A stretch of 64,000 nt of DNA from Alphaproteobacteria bacterium (GTDB lineage Bacteria; Pseudomonadota; Alphaproteobacteria; GCA-2731375): assembly GCA_965225945.1 (NCBI GenBank), contig CBDDBZ010000035.1, positions 346,924 to 410,923 on the forward strand, given 5' to 3'. Shown one piece after another: positions 20,695-31,688 of the stretch. How positions within the stretch are numbered: position 1 is the first letter of the stretch; every line of letters begins with the position of its first letter. The translations under genes were made by a program, and so were the position numbers. The notes beneath the pieces are model-generated. The model was not told where the DNA came from. It saw only the letters and a program-made list of their open reading frames with translations, and made no database searches.

Positions 20695-22083
20695 TCAGAG
20701 CGACTTGACGATATCGTCGACCATCTTCTTGGCGTCGGCGAACAGCATCATCGTGTTCTCGGCATAGAACAGGTCGTTGTCGATCCCGGCATAGCCCGGC
20801 GAGAGCGAGCGCTTGACGAAGAGCACGGCGCGCGACTTGTCGACGTCGAGGATCGGCATGCCCGCGATCGGGCTCGTCGGATCGGTCCGCGCGGCCGGGT
20901 TGGTCACGTCGTTGGCGCCGATCACGAAGGCGACGTCGGTCGAGGAGAAGTCGGCGTTGATGTCCTCCAGCTCACTCACTTCGTCGTAAGGCACGTTGGC
21001 CTCGGCCAACAGCACGTTCATGTGTCCGGGCATGCGCCCGGCGACGGGGTGGACCGCGTAGCGTACCTTGACGCCGTTGGCCTTCAGCAAATCGGCCATC
21101 TCGCGGACCGAATGCTGCGCCTGCGCCACCGCCATGCCGTAGCCGGGCACGATGACGACGCTGCCGGCGTTCTTCATGATGAAGGCGGCATCGTCGGCGC
21201 TTCCCGGCCGCACCGGGCGGTCGCTCCGCACCGCGCCGGCGCCCGCCGTCTCGCCGCCGAAGCCGCCCAGGGCGACGCTGAAGATGGAGCGGTTCATCGC
21301 CCGGCACATGATGTAGCTCAGGATCGCGCCGGAGGAGCCGACCAGTGCCCCGGTGATGATCAGCGCCGTGTTCTCCAGCGTGAAGCCGATCCCCGCCGCC
21401 GCCCAGCCGGAATAGGAGTTCAGCATCGAGACGATGACCGGCATGTCGGCGCCGCCGACCGGGATGATCAGCAGGAAGCCGACGGCGAAGGCGAGCGCCG
21501 TCATCGCCCAGAAGGCGATCGGCGAGGGCTCGCTCGCGAAGACGACCAGGAGGCCGACGATCACCACGCCGATCGTCGCGTTCAGCGGGTGTTGGCCGGG
21601 AAAGACGATCGGGTTGCCGGTCATCACGCCCTTGAGCTTGGCGAAGGCGATCACCGAGCCCGAGAAGGTGACGGCGCCGATCGTCACGCCCAGGCCCATC
21701 TCGATCCGGCTGGCGAGCTTCAGCACGCCGGTCTCGTCGGCGATGCCGTAAGCGCTCGGATTGTACAGCGCGGCGGCCGCCACCATCACGGCGGCCATGC
21801 CCACCAGGCTGTGGTAAGCGGCCACCAGTTCCGGCATCGCCGTCATCTGGATGCGAAGCGCGATCACCGTGCCGACGCCACCACCGATGACGATCGCCGC
21901 CAGGATCCAGCCGTGGGAGACGACGTCCGGGCGGATCACGGTGACGGCGATCGCGATTCCCATGCCGACGATGCCGTAGATGTTGCCCTTGCGCGCGCTT
22001 TCCGGCGAGGACAGCCCGCGCAGCGCCATGATGAACAGGATCGAGGCGATCAGATAGGCGAGCGCCGTCAAATTCTCCGACAT
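20695..22083 (-). CDS. pntB: NAD(P) transhydrogenase subunit beta
   Basis: GGADMPVIVSMLNSYSGWAAA, PGYGMAVAQAQH, HPVAGRMPGHMNVLLAEA. Confidence 0.97.
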   Translation of the reverse strand: MSENLTALAYLIASILFIMALRGLSSPESARKGNIYGIVGMGIAIAVTVIRPDVVSHGWILAAIVIGGGVGTVIALRIQMTAMPELVAAYHSLVGMAAVMVAAAALYNPSAYGIADETGVLKLASRIEMGLGVTIGAVTFSGSVIAFAKLKGVMTGNPIVFPGQHPLNATIGVVIVGLLVVFASEPSPIAFWAMTALAFAVGFLLIIPVGGADMPVIVSMLNSYSGWAAAGIGFTLENTALIITGALVGSSGAILSYIMCRAMNRSIFSVALGGFGGETAGAGAVRSDRPVRPGSADDAAFIMKNAGSVVIVPGYGMAVAQAQHSVREMADLLKANGVKVRYAVHPVAGRMPGHMNVLLAEANVPYDEVSELEDINADFSSTDVAFVIGANDVTNPAARTDPTSPIAGMPILDVDKSRAVLFVKRSLSPGYAGIDNDLFYAENTMMLFADAKKMVDDIVKSL

Positions 22084-22104
22084 ACCGGCGCCCCGCGTCC
22101 TCGA

Positions 22105-22401
22105 CTATTTCTTCTTGTACATGGAGAGCATGCGCTGGGTGACGGCGAAGCCACCGAAGATGTTGACCGAGGCCAGCACGATGGCGATGAAGCCCATCAC
22201 CTTGGAGAAGCTGACCTCCGCCGGGCCGGCGGCGATCAGGGCGCCGACGATGATCACCGAGGAAATCGCGTTGGTGACCGACATCAGCGGCGTGTGCAGC
22301 GCCGGCGTCACGCTCCAGACCACGTAATAGCCGACGAAGATCGCCAGCACGAAGATGGCGAGGCGGAAGATGAACGGGTCGATGCCGGCGGCCGCCTCCA
22401 T
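22105..22401 (-). CDS. pntAB: NAD(P) transhydrogenase subunit alpha part 2
   Basis: VTPALHTPLMSVTNAISS, NIFGGFAVTQRML. Confidence 0.96.
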   Translation of the reverse strand: MEAAAGIDPFIFRLAIFVLAIFVGYYVVWSVTPALHTPLMSVTNAISSVIIVGALIAAGPAEVSFSKVMGFIAIVLASVNIFGGFAVTQRMLSMYKKK

Positions 22402-22405
22402 GGGC

Positions 22406-23563
22406 TTACTCCGCCGCCTGCCCCAGCGTCGGATGGACGACCTCGCCGCGGTGCGCGATCAGCGTGCCGACGACCAGCTCGTCCTCCCAGTCGATCGTCA
22501 GCTCACCGCTCTCGGCATCGATCATCGGCGCCAGGAAGTTGTAAAGGTTGCGCGCGTAGAGCGCCGAGGCGTCGACCGGCACCCGGGCCGCCCCGTTGTA
22601 GTGCGCGACGATGAAGATGCCGTCGACGACGGCGATCTCGCCGAGTTTCGAGAGCGCGCAATTGCCCCCCGTCTCGACCGCCAGATCGACGATCACGGAG
22701 CCCGGCCGCATGGAGTGAACCATCGCCTCGTCGACCAGGATCGGTGCGCGATGGCCCGGGATCTGCGCCGTGCAGATGACGATGTCCTGCCTCGCGATGG
22801 TCTCGGCCACCAGGGCGGCCTCCTTGGCCCTGTAGCTCTCGCTCATTTCGCGGGCATAGCCGTCCGCGGTTTCCGCCGTCGCGGTCTCCTCGTCCTCGAC
22901 CATGATGAAGTTGGCGCCGAGCGATTCCACCTGTTCCCTGGCCGCCGGGCGCACATCGGTCGCCGAGACCACCGCGCCCAGCCGCCGCGCCGTCGCGATC
23001 GCCTGCAAGCCCGCGACGCCCGCGCCCATGACGAAGACCTTGGCGGGCGCGATGGTGCCGGCCGCCGTCATCATCATCGGCAGCGCTCGGCCGAACACCT
23101 CGCAGGCGTCAAGCACGGACTTGTAGCCCGCCAGATTGGCCTGGGAGGACAACACGTCCATGCTCTGCGCCCGGGTTATGCGCGGCATCAGCTCCATGGC
23201 GAAGGCGGAGAGGCCGGCCTCGGCGTAGGAACGGACCGATTGCGGCTGGCCCAGCGGATTGAGCATGCCGACGAGGATCGTCCCGCTCGTCAGGGCAGAG
23301 AGTTCCTCCTCGCCCTCCTCCCCCGGCTCGATCGGCCGGCGGACCTTGAGAACCACGTCCGCGTCCCGGAGTAGATCGTCGAGGGTTTCGGCGATTGTGG
23401 CACCCGCCGCCTCGTAATCAGCGTCGCGGAAACTCGAGGCGAGGCCGGCGCCCCGCTCGACGGCGACGTCCAAGCCCGACTTGACGAATTTCGCGGCGGT
23501 GTCGGGCGAGGCCGCGACGCGCCTTTCGTGGGGCCGTCGCTCTCTCGGTACGGCGAGCTTCAT
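22406..23563 (-). CDS. pntAA: NAD(P) transhydrogenase subunit alpha part 1
   Basis: ERRVAASP, PRITRAQSMDVLSSQ, GAGVAGLQA, DLAVETGGNC. Confidence 0.96.
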   Translation of the reverse strand: MKLAVPRERRPHERRVAASPDTAAKFVKSGLDVAVERGAGLASSFRDADYEAAGATIAETLDDLLRDADVVLKVRRPIEPGEEGEEELSALTSGTILVGMLNPLGQPQSVRSYAEAGLSAFAMELMPRITRAQSMDVLSSQANLAGYKSVLDACEVFGRALPMMMTAAGTIAPAKVFVMGAGVAGLQAIATARRLGAVVSATDVRPAAREQVESLGANFIMVEDEETATAETADGYAREMSESYRAKEAALVAETIARQDIVICTAQIPGHRAPILVDEAMVHSMRPGSVIVDLAVETGGNCALSKLGEIAVVDGIFIVAHYNGAARVPVDASALYARNLYNFLAPMIDAESGELTIDWEDELVVGTLIAHRGEVVHPTLGQAAE

Positions 23564-23674
23564 CGTTGACAAATCCTAGCGCCGGACACCCTGGACCGGT
23601 CCATCCGTCGGTTGCGAAGCGAGACGTGTGGAACGGCAATCACCTGTCCGCCGTCGAACCGCGCGGAGGAGATG

Positions 23675-23809
23675 CTAGACCAGGAAAACCGCCATGAGAA
23701 TTAACAAAATCGCGACCAAGGCCCCGCCACAGAGCATCACACGGCAAAAGCCGGTCCAAGTGTCCTGTTTGGCCCGAAGCTCCGCGTCGCCTTGTGCTTG
23801 GTCGACCAT
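23675..23809 (-). CDS. aa3-type cytochrome c oxidase subunit IV (44 aa; not in the ORF track)
   Basis: MVDQAQGDAELRAKQDTWTGFCRVMLCGGALVAILLILMAVFLV: TWxGF followed by one TM helix; usual position upstream of pntAA in alphaproteobacteria. Confidence 0.75.
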   Translation of the reverse strand: MVDQAQGDAELRAKQDTWTGFCRVMLCGGALVAILLILMAVFLV

Positions 23810-23934
23810 GTCGATCCACCTCCCAAGTCGCGTGCTCGCGCGGAATATAGCAAGGATGTCCGCCGGATCAATGCTTTGCCTCGGCGAAACGGGTTGCGTC
23901 GAAGTGACGCCCCCGGGGGGAAATCGCGTTGGCG

Positions 23935-24873
23935 CTATGGCGCCGCCTTCGGTTGGTGGCCGACGGACTCAGCATACTTCGCCAATTCCGCCTCGCCCAT
24001 GAACTCACGCTCCCAGCTCATGATCTGGTCGAAGCCGGCGAAGGTGTGGAAATCGCCCATGGGGTGATCGGAGAATCGATCGATGAAGGTCTTCTCCGCC
24101 ATCGGTCCCTCGTCCCGCAGGGCGACCGCCAGATCGTAGACCGCCTGCATCGTCGCTCTCAGCGTCGCCCCCGGCGCGATGGTGATGGCGATGCCGAGTT
24201 CCTGCATCTCCTGCTGGCTGAAGCGCGGTGAAATTCCGGTCTGGTTGTAGAGAATCGGCCCCTCGACCTCGGCGCAGACGCGGCGGACCTCGTCGACGTC
24301 GACCGGCCCCTCGACGAAGGCGACGTCGGCGCCGGCGGCGAGATAGGCGTTGGCGCGGCGGATCGCATCGTCGAGCGTGCCGCCGTGGGCGCCGCGCGCA
24401 TCGGTGCGGGCGATGATGACGAAATCGGGATCGACCTCGCCCCGCGCGAAATCGGCCGCCCTGTACTTGCCGCAGGCCTCCTCGATTCCGATCACCTGAC
24501 GTCCGGCGACATGGCCGCAGCGCTTGGGCGCCACTTGGTCCTCGATGTGGATCGCCGCGACCCCGGTCTGGGCGTATTCCTTGACCGTGCGGATGACGTT
24601 GATGGCGTTGCCGTAGCCGGTGTCCGAATCGGCGATCACCGGCACCGTGGTGGCGTTGGCGATCGCCCGCGCGTTCAGGTGCATCTCGCTCATCGTCGCC
24701 AGGCCGACGTCCGGCAGGCCCAAGAGCGAGAGCGAGGTGCCGTAGCCGGACATGTAGATCGCCGGGAAGCCGACCGCGTCTAGAATGCGGGCGCTGAGCG
24801 CGTTGTAGCAGCCGGGCACGAACAGGGTCTCGCCGGCGGCCAGCAGCTCGCGAAGGCGGGTCGTCTTGCGCAT
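23935..24873 (-). CDS. Isocitrate lyase/PEP mutase superfamily lyase (2,3-dimethylmalate/2-methylisocitrate lyase-like)
   Basis: DSDTGYGN, IEDQVAPKRCGH, IIARTDAR. Confidence 0.9.
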   Translation of the reverse strand: MRKTTRLRELLAAGETLFVPGCYNALSARILDAVGFPAIYMSGYGTSLSLLGLPDVGLATMSEMHLNARAIANATTVPVIADSDTGYGNAINVIRTVKEYAQTGVAAIHIEDQVAPKRCGHVAGRQVIGIEEACGKYRAADFARGEVDPDFVIIARTDARGAHGGTLDDAIRRANAYLAAGADVAFVEGPVDVDEVRRVCAEVEGPILYNQTGISPRFSQQEMQELGIAITIAPGATLRATMQAVYDLAVALRDEGPMAEKTFIDRFSDHPMGDFHTFAGFDQIMSWEREFMGEAELAKYAESVGHQPKAAP

Positions 24874-24897
24874 GGGAGTCTCCCTCGATTGCGCTGG

Positions 24898-25512
24898 TCA
24901 GGTATCCAGCCAGTCGTGGCTTCGGCGATGTTCGGCCTCGAAGGCGTCGAACTCGGGCCCGTAGGTCAGGGTCACGTCGATGTCGTCGAGGCCGTTCACC
25001 ATCCGGTATTTGTCGAAGGCGTCGATCTCGAAGGCCATCGTGCGTCCGTCCGGGCCGCTCACCGTCTGAGCTTCCAGGTCGAGGGCGATTCTCCTCCCCG
25101 GGCGCGCGTGGAGCTGGCGGCGGAGATCGTCGCAGACCGCGCGGGCGAGGCGGACCGGCAGCACGCCGTTCTTCATGCAGTTGTTGTAATGGATGTCGCC
25201 GAAACTCGGCGCGATGACCGAGCGGAAGCGGTTGGCGAGCAAAGCGTGTACCGCCGCCTCGCGCGACGAGCCGCAACCCCAGTTGAGGTCGGCGACGACG
25301 ATCCGCGCCTCGCGAAATTCCGGCCGGTTGTAAATGAAGTCGGCCCGTTCCCCACCCTCGGAATCGAATCGGAGGTCGTGGAACAGCACCCGGTCGTAGT
25401 CGGGCGTCTCCGGCTCCAGCCTGAGAAAGCGGGCCGGGATGATCCGGTCGGTATCGCAGTTCGGGATGTCGATCGGCAGCGCCGCCGCCTCGAAGGTGGT
25501 GAAGGCCTCCAT
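24898..25512 (-). CDS. leuD: 3-isopropylmalate dehydratase-like small subunit
   Basis: NCDTDRIIPARFL, NWGCGSSREAA, SFGDIHYNNCMKNG. Confidence 0.85.
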   Translation of the reverse strand: MEAFTTFEAAALPIDIPNCDTDRIIPARFLRLEPETPDYDRVLFHDLRFDSEGGERADFIYNRPEFREARIVVADLNWGCGSSREAAVHALLANRFRSVIAPSFGDIHYNNCMKNGVLPVRLARAVCDDLRRQLHARPGRRIALDLEAQTVSGPDGRTMAFEIDAFDKYRMVNGLDDIDVTLTYGPEFDAFEAEHRRSHDWLDT

Positions 25513-25513
25513 C

Positions 25514-26917
25514 TCAGGCCCCTTCGCTCAAGCGGCGAACGTCGGTGAAGCGCCCGGTGACGGCGGCGGCGGCCGCCATCGCCGGGCCGACCAGATGGGT
25601 TCGGCTGCCGGGTCCCTGGCGGCCTTGGAAATTGCGGTTGCTGGTGGAGGCCGAACGCTGGCCCGGCGCCACCAAATCGCCGTTCATGGCGACGCACATG
25701 GAACAGCCGGGAAGCCGCCACTCGAAACCCGCGTCGGTGAAAATCCGGTCCAGGCCCTCCGCCTCGGCTTGGGCCTTCACCAGGCCGGAGCCGGGGACGA
25801 CCAGGGTCGGCACCACCGCCTTGCGACCCCGGGCTATGCCTGCGGCGGCGCGAAGATCCTCGATCCGGCTGTTGGTGCAGGAGCCGATGAAGACCCGGTC
25901 GACGGCGATCTCCTCGATCCTGGTGCCGGGCGTCAGACCCATGTAGTCGAGCGCCGCCCGCATTGCCTCGCGCCGGTCGGCGTCGCCCGCCTCGGCCGGG
26001 TCGGGAATGCGTCCCGTAACCGGCACCGCGTCTTGCGGACTGTTGCCCCACGTCACCATCGGCGCGATGGCGGCCGCGTCCAGCGACACCTCCTCGTCGA
26101 AAACCGCGTCCCCGTCGCTTCGAAGGCGGCGCCAATGGGCCACCGCGCGCTCCCATCTCTCGGCCTCGGGCGCGAAGGGCCGGCCGGCGACATAGTCGAT
26201 CGTCGAATCGTCGGGGGCGACGATGCCGGTGCGCGAGCCGGCCTCGATGGTCATGTTGCAAAGCGTCATCCGGCCCTCGAGAGAGAGCGCGCGGATCGCC
26301 GAGCCGGCGTATTCGATCGCGTAACCGACGCCGCCGGCGGCACCGATGACGCGGATGATCTCGATGATCACGTCCTTCGCCACGACGCCCGGGCCGAGCG
26401 TGCCCTCGACAGAGATGCGCATGGTCTTGGGGCGGCGCTGCCAGATCGCCTGGGTCGCCATCACGTGCGCCACCTCGGAGGCGCCGATGCCGAAGCTGAG
26501 AGTTCCGAGCGCGCCGTGGGTCGAGGTGTGGGAGTCGCCGCAAACGAGGGTGATGCCGGGGAGCGTGATGCCCTGCTCCGGCCCCACGATATGGGCAATC
26601 CCCTGCCGTTCGTCGCCCCAGGGGAAGAGCCGGACGCCGAACTCCGCGCAGTTCTCGTCGATCGCCCGCACGATCTCGCGCGCCCGAGGGTCGGCGAGGT
26701 CGTCGAGCGCGGCCGAGTGGGTGGGGGTGTAGTGGTCGGGCGTGGCGAAGGTCTGATTGGGCCGCCGCACCCGCCGGCCTTGCTTGCGCAGCGCGCGGAA
26801 GGCGGCGAAGGAGCCGTCGTGGCAGAGATGGCGGTCGATATAGAGCAGCGTTTGCCCGTCGTCCCGCGCGACGATCACGTGGTCGTCCCAGATCTTGTCG
26901 AATAGCGTCTTGGCCAC
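25514..26917 (-). CDS. leuC: 3-isopropylmalate dehydratase-like large subunit
   Basis: [52 protein letters not shown]. Confidence 0.88.
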   Translation of the reverse strand: MAKTLFDKIWDDHVIVARDDGQTLLYIDRHLCHDGSFAAFRALRKQGRRVRRPNQTFATPDHYTPTHSAALDDLADPRAREIVRAIDENCAEFGVRLFPWGDERQGIAHIVGPEQGITLPGITLVCGDSHTSTHGALGTLSFGIGASEVAHVMATQAIWQRRPKTMRISVEGTLGPGVVAKDVIIEIIRVIGAAGGVGYAIEYAGSAIRALSLEGRMTLCNMTIEAGSRTGIVAPDDSTIDYVAGRPFAPEAERWERAVAHWRRLRSDGDAVFDEEVSLDAAAIAPMVTWGNSPQDAVPVTGRIPDPAEAGDADRREAMRAALDYMGLTPGTRIEEIAVDRVFIGSCTNSRIEDLRAAAGIARGRKAVVPTLVVPGSGLVKAQAEAEGLDRIFTDAGFEWRLPGCSMCVAMNGDLVAPGQRSASTSNRNFQGRQGPGSRTHLVGPAMAAAAAVTGRFTDVRRLSEGA

Positions 26918-27039
26918 GGTCCACGTCCTCCCAGATCGCCCCGGCTGGGTCGCCCGAGGTATACGACGGCCTCGCCGAAGTGCCAAACGGGCGCGCGTCG
27001 CGCTAGTCTGCCGGGCGGCGAGCCGGCCGAGGCGCAGGT

Positions 27040-28014
27040 TTATTTCGATCGCTCCGCGTTCCGCGTGGCGACCGCCTCGGCCACCAGGCACAGCAGCTCG
27101 TACATCAGGGTGGCGCCGACCAGCGCGGTGTTGCCGCTCGGATCGAAGGGCGGCGCCACCTCCACGACATCGGCGCCGACGAGGTTCAGGCCGCGAAGAC
27201 CACGCAGCAGCCGTTGCGCCTCGATGGTGGTGATGCCGCCGACCTCGGGCGTGCCGGTACCGGGCGCGTAAACCGGGTCCAGACCGTCGACGTCGAAGGA
27301 GATATAGGTCGCCTCCTGGCCGACGACGCGGCGCGCCTCCGCCACCACGGCGTCGACCCCGAGCTCGGTGAACTCCTCCATGAAGATCACCCGCATGCCG
27401 GAATCGAGCGAGAAGTCCCAGCCGCTCTCGGTGTTCTGCGCGCCCCGGATGCCGATCTGCACCGTTCGCCTCGGGTCCAGCAGGCCTTCCTCCACGGCCC
27501 GGCGAAAGGGCGAGCCGTGATGAAACTTCGAGCCCTGGAATTCGTCCCAGGTGTCGGTATGGGCATCGACATGGACCATGCCCAACGGCCGGGCGTGCGC
27601 GATGGCGCGAAAGATCGGCAGCGTGATCGTGTGATCGCCGCCGGCGCTGATCGGCACCGCGCCGGCGCCATGCAGGGTAGCGTAGAAGGCCTCGATTTCG
27701 CCCAACGCCGCCTCGATGTCGTAGGCCTGCTGGAACGCCACGTCGCCGACGTCGGCCACCCGGCAGAGCGCGTGGGGATTGATCCGCGTCACGTGGTGAT
27801 AGGCCCGCATCAGACTCGACATGTTGCGGATCTCACGCGGGCCGTGCCGGGCGCCGGGCCGGTTGGAGGTGCCGCCGTCGAAGGGCACGCCGGCGAGCGC
27901 GACGTCGACGTCCCCGGGATCGCTGGCCAGGGGCGCGCGCATGAAGGTGGCGATCTCCGCGTAGCGCGGCGCGAACATGGCCCGCATGTCGCCCGAATCG
28001 AGTTCCTCGGACAT
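27040..28014 (-). CDS. speB: Agmatinase / ureohydrolase family
   Basis: [31 protein letters not shown]. Confidence 0.85.
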   Translation of the reverse strand: MSEELDSGDMRAMFAPRYAEIATFMRAPLASDPGDVDVALAGVPFDGGTSNRPGARHGPREIRNMSSLMRAYHHVTRINPHALCRVADVGDVAFQQAYDIEAALGEIEAFYATLHGAGAVPISAGGDHTITLPIFRAIAHARPLGMVHVDAHTDTWDEFQGSKFHHGSPFRRAVEEGLLDPRRTVQIGIRGAQNTESGWDFSLDSGMRVIFMEEFTELGVDAVVAEARRVVGQEATYISFDVDGLDPVYAPGTGTPEVGGITTIEAQRLLRGLRGLNLVGADVVEVAPPFDPSGNTALVGATLMYELLCLVAEAVATRNAERSK

Positions 28015-28134
28015 CGCATCACTCCCCTGTTTCCTCGCTCCCCGGGATCGGTGGATCGTAACATGCGCGCGTCGCGTCGCTGGCGGCGTTCGCAGCCTCT
28101 GGCGAGGGCGGGCGAATCGGGCTAAGCGTCATCG

Positions 28135-28836
28135 ATGCTGGTCAACGGCGTCGATCTCGTTCCCAACCCCCAGGGCGGCCTCTATTGGCCCGAAGAGGCC
28201 ATGCTGGTGGTCGCCGACCTGCATTTCGAGAAGGGCTCCGCCTTTGCCCGCCGGGGAGTGCCGCTGCCGCCCTACGATTCCCGCGCGACGCTGGCGCGCC
28301 TGAGCGAAATGATCCGACGCCACGACCCGGCGCGGATCCTCTGCCTCGGCGACAGCTTCCACGATTCCGGCGCGCCGGGGCGGCTCGGCGAGGTGGAGAT
28401 CGCGAGCCTCGAGGCCTTGGCGGCGGGGCGGGCGTGGCTCTGGATCGCGGGTAACCACGATCCGGCGCCGCCCGCATGGCTGCCGGGCGAGGTCCACCAA
28501 GAAGTGGCGATCGGCCGGCTCCGCTTCCGCCACGAGCCCTCGCTCGACGCAGACCCGGGGGAGGTCGCCGGTCACCTCCACCCGAAGGCGGCGATCCGCT
28601 TGCGCGGACGCCGCCTGGTCAGACGCTGCTTCGCGACCGACGGCCAGCGCCTGGTGCTGCCCGCGCTCGGCGCCTACGCCGGCGGCCTCGACGTCTTGGA
28701 CCCGGCCTTTCGGCCGCTCTTTCCCGAGGGTTTTCAGGCCTTGCTACTGGGTCGCGATCGCATTCACGTCGTCGCCGCGCATCGCCTCTCGCCGATCGCG
28801 GCGCGAGTCAGCGACGCGATGCCAGGAGGCGCCTGA
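28135..28836 (+). CDS. pdeM: Ligase-associated DNA damage response metallophosphoesterase PdeM
   Basis: VADLHFEKG, LPPYD, LGDSFHD, GNHD, GHLHP, PALGAYAGGL. Confidence 0.88.
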   Translation: MLVNGVDLVPNPQGGLYWPEEAMLVVADLHFEKGSAFARRGVPLPPYDSRATLARLSEMIRRHDPARILCLGDSFHDSGAPGRLGEVEIASLEALAAGRAWLWIAGNHDPAPPAWLPGEVHQEVAIGRLRFRHEPSLDADPGEVAGHLHPKAAIRLRGRRLVRRCFATDGQRLVLPALGAYAGGLDVLDPAFRPLFPEGFQALLLGRDRIHVVAAHRLSPIAARVSDAMPGGA

Positions 28837-29356
28837 GGACCGCCGTGATGCCCTTGTCGAAGGTGAAGAACTTGTGGCAGGCGAAGGAATAGAAGGCGAC
28901 CAGGGCGATGGCGACGAAATGACCACTGGCCTCGCCGTTGGCCAGAACGGGCCCCAGCATGGGGACCTCCGCCGCCGCGGCCGCCAGCAGGGGCATGACA
29001 GCGGTCCTGAGACCCGCCGCGATGACCACGGTCAACAGGAGGCCGCCCATGGAGACGATGATGAAGGTGCGGATCTCCTGGTGGGTGCGACGTCCCGAGC
29101 GGGAAAAGGTGAAGGCGCGGTTCAACAGGTAGCTGACCGCCATGCCGGCGAGAAAGCCGATGGTGACGGCGGATTTGTAGGAAACCGGGCCGTCCCATCC
29201 GGCGACGTCGTAGAGCAACACTCCGACGCCGAAATTGGTCGCCGCGGCGAGCCCGGAAAAGATCAGATAGCGCAGGAACTGAGTGCGACCATAGACCGCG
29301 AGGATCCGCCCGAGGATGCCGGGGGCGACAATCTCTGGGTTCGGGTCCGCGCTCAT
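28808..29356 (-). CDS. GtrA family membrane protein
   Basis: QFLRYLIFSGLAA, SYLLNRAFTF, FACHKFFTF. Confidence 0.85.
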   Translation of the reverse strand: MSADPNPEIVAPGILGRILAVYGRTQFLRYLIFSGLAAATNFGVGVLLYDVAGWDGPVSYKSAVTIGFLAGMAVSYLLNRAFTFSRSGRRTHQEIRTFIIVSMGGLLLTVVIAAGLRTAVMPLLAAAAAEVPMLGPVLANGEASGHFVAIALVAFYSFACHKFFTFDKGITAVLRRLLASRR

Positions 29357-29415
29357 TCCCCGCCGTCCAGGGAGGCGGTCGAAACGCCTGGAACCGGCGG
29401 TCCCGACATCGCCCT

Positions 29416-30045
29416 CTAAAAGGTCCGCGCCGCGATCAGCTCGTCCGGCATCTCCGCCTGGCGCAGAAATTGCGCCAAAACATGCATGATCGATTGATGC
29501 AGGTCTTCCGTGACGCCGTAGTTGTCGCTCTCGCAGTGGAGCGCGACGTCGGCGAGCGCCTTCGTGCGGCCGCCGGCGAAGCCGGCGAACGCGATGGTGA
29601 CCAGACCGTGGTCCTTGGCCCAGCGGACGGCGCGCACGACATTCTCGGAATCACCCGAGGAGGAGATGGTAATCAACACGTCGCCCGGTTCGGCCAGCGC
29701 GCCGAGCTGGCGGACGAAGACCTCGTCGTATTCGATGTCGTTGGCGAGTGCCGTCAGCAGCTCGACATTGCTCGAGAGGCTGACGACGCGCGGCCGGAGC
29801 CGCGTGTCCGTCGCCGTGCCCTTGACGTGATCGCAGACCAGATGATTGGCGATCGATGCCGAGCCCCCGTTGCCACAACAGAAGATCCAACGACGCGCGC
29901 GGTAGGCGGCGAGCAAAAGCGAGGCCGCCTGGGCCAGGGCGTCCGCGTCGAGGGAGGCGCTGGCTCGGCGATAGCCCTCGACATAGTCGCGGAAAAATTC
30001 GTCGACCCCGGCATAGGGTCGATCGGGAAACGACACCTGCGTCAC
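29416..30045 (-). CDS. SIS-domain sugar-phosphate isomerase (GmhA-like)
   Basis: CGNGGSAS, TALANDIEY, ISSSGDSENV, EDLH. Confidence 0.88.
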   Translation of the reverse strand: MTQVSFPDRPYAGVDEFFRDYVEGYRRASASLDADALAQAASLLLAAYRARRWIFCCGNGGSASIANHLVCDHVKGTATDTRLRPRVVSLSSNVELLTALANDIEYDEVFVRQLGALAEPGDVLITISSSGDSENVVRAVRWAKDHGLVTIAFAGFAGGRTKALADVALHCESDNYGVTEDLHQSIMHVLAQFLRQAEMPDELIAARTF

Positions 30046-30173
30046 CTCCCCACCGGCTCGGGCACGCGCGACGCTCGCTCGCCACGCGGCGACAATGATA
30101 GCACAAATAGCGTGCCTGGCGCGGGCCGGCAGCGATGTCGTGGCCGCGCGGTGCCGCGGGTGCGGATGATGCC

Positions 30174-30383
30174 TTAGTCCTGGACCACCAGGTTTTCCGC
30201 CGAGGTGCGACCGTCGTGTCCGGGCACCAGGTCGAATTGGATTTTCTGACCCTCGCGCAGGCCGGCGAGGCCCGCTCGCTGCACCGCCGAGATATGCACG
30301 AAGGCATCATTCGAGCCGTCATCCGGCTGGATGAAGCCGAAACCCTTCGTGGCGTTGAACCATTTGACCGTACCGTTGGCCAT
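30174..30383 (-). CDS. cspA: Cold-shock protein
   Basis: [21 protein letters not shown]. Confidence 0.95.
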   Translation of the reverse strand: MANGTVKWFNATKGFGFIQPDDGSNDAFVHISAVQRAGLAGLREGQKIQFDLVPGHDGRTSAENLVVQD

Positions 30384-30635
30384 GTCTCGTCCCCTTGTCG
30401 TCATCTCGAAAGTCGCGCCAGCGGGACCGGACGCGGCCATCCCCCGGGTAGTCCTTCGGCAACAGGGCAAGACTAGCCACAGCGATGGCTTTGGCGCAAG
30501 CAGCGGCGCCGTCGGTCGCGTCGAGGTCGCGGGCGATTTTACTGATCGTCATGGCCCCACGCCTCTTGCGTGCTGGCCGGGATTGCGGCTTGCTTCGGGC
30601 GCTACCATCGCCTCGTCGAGGGGAGGCGGCGAAGG

Positions 30636-31688
30636 ATGTCGACAGGCCTGGTTCGCGTCATCCCGGCCCTGCTGGCGCTGCTGTTGAGCGGCGGCGTCCA
30701 GGGCGAGCCGTGGCGCTCCCGCGAGATCGCGGTGAGCGGGGGGATCGAGGCCCTGGTTCGTCACGGACGCGCGGTCCTGGTACGGACGCGGATGCCCGGG
30801 GCGGGCGGCACGCGCTACCAGAAGGTCCATCGGGGACCAAAAGGTCTGCTGCTGGAAGCCCTGGTCGATTTCGACATCGCCTCGCCCGAGTGGCGCGAGG
30901 ACATGCTGGCGGACGGCGAGGTGCGCTTCGGCCGCGCCGGCATCGTCGAGGCCTGGCTCGCCGGACCCACCCGTCGCTACGATCACGCGGTGCTGGGCGA
31001 CGACATCGAGGCCTCGGCGGTGGTGGCGATCGACGATCTGAGGCGCCGTCATCGCTTTGCGCTTCCGGCGGACAAGGTGTTCGAGGACCGCCTCGCCCGG
31101 GTGGTCGACATGGACGGCGACGGGCAGAACGAAATCGTCGTCGTCCGCTCCGATCTCGACCTCGGCGCCGCCCTCGTGGTCCTCGGCCTGGTCGACGGCG
31201 AACTGCGCCTGCTGGCCGAGACGCCACCGATCGGGCTTGCCCATCGCTGGCTCAACCCGGCGGGCTTCGGCGATTTCGACGGCGACGGCCGGCGCGAGGT
31301 GGCGATCGTCGTCACCCCGCACATCGGGGGGAGCTTGCAAATTTACGAGTTCACCCGCGCCGGCATGCGCCGAGAGGGCTCGGCGCCGGGCTTCTCCAAC
31401 CACGTCATGGGAAGCCGGGAACTCGGCCTCTCCGCCGTGCTCGACGCGGACGGGGACGGGATCGACGATCTGGCGCTGCCGAGCGCCGATCGACGGGCGA
31501 TCCGCATCGTCGGCTTTTCCGGGGGAAACTTTCGCGAGATCGCCCGCGTGGCGCACGAATCACGCATCGTCACCGCCGTGCGAACCGTCGACTTCGACGC
31601 CGACGGCCGGCTGGAATTGGTGTACGGCCTGGCCGACGACCGCCTGGTTTGGACCGCTCCGGGCGCGGCGGCGAACACCAAGAATTGA
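30636..31688 (+). CDS. Secreted FG-GAP/VCBS repeat protein
   Basis: DMDGDGQNEI, DFDGDGRREV, DADGDGIDDL, DFDADGRLEL; PTRRYDHAVLGD. Confidence 0.85.
   Translation: MSTGLVRVIPALLALLLSGGVQGEPWRSREIAVSGGIEALVRHGRAVLVRTRMPGAGGTRYQKVHRGPKGLLLEALVDFDIASPEWREDMLADGEVRFGRAGIVEAWLAGPTRRYDHAVLGDDIEASAVVAIDDLRRRHRFALPADKVFEDRLARVVDMDGDGQNEIVVVRSDLDLGAALVVLGLVDGELRLLAETPPIGLAHRWLNPAGFGDFDGDGRREVAIVVTPHIGGSLQIYEFTRAGMRREGSAPGFSNHVMGSRELGLSAVLDADGDGIDDLALPSADRRAIRIVGFSGGNFREIARVAHESRIVTAVRTVDFDADGRLELVYGLADDRLVWTAPGAAANTKN

Noticed and set aside
28135-28836. Complete ligase/Lhr DNA-damage operon
   Set aside because: Only pdeM is present; the partner genes are not in the window.
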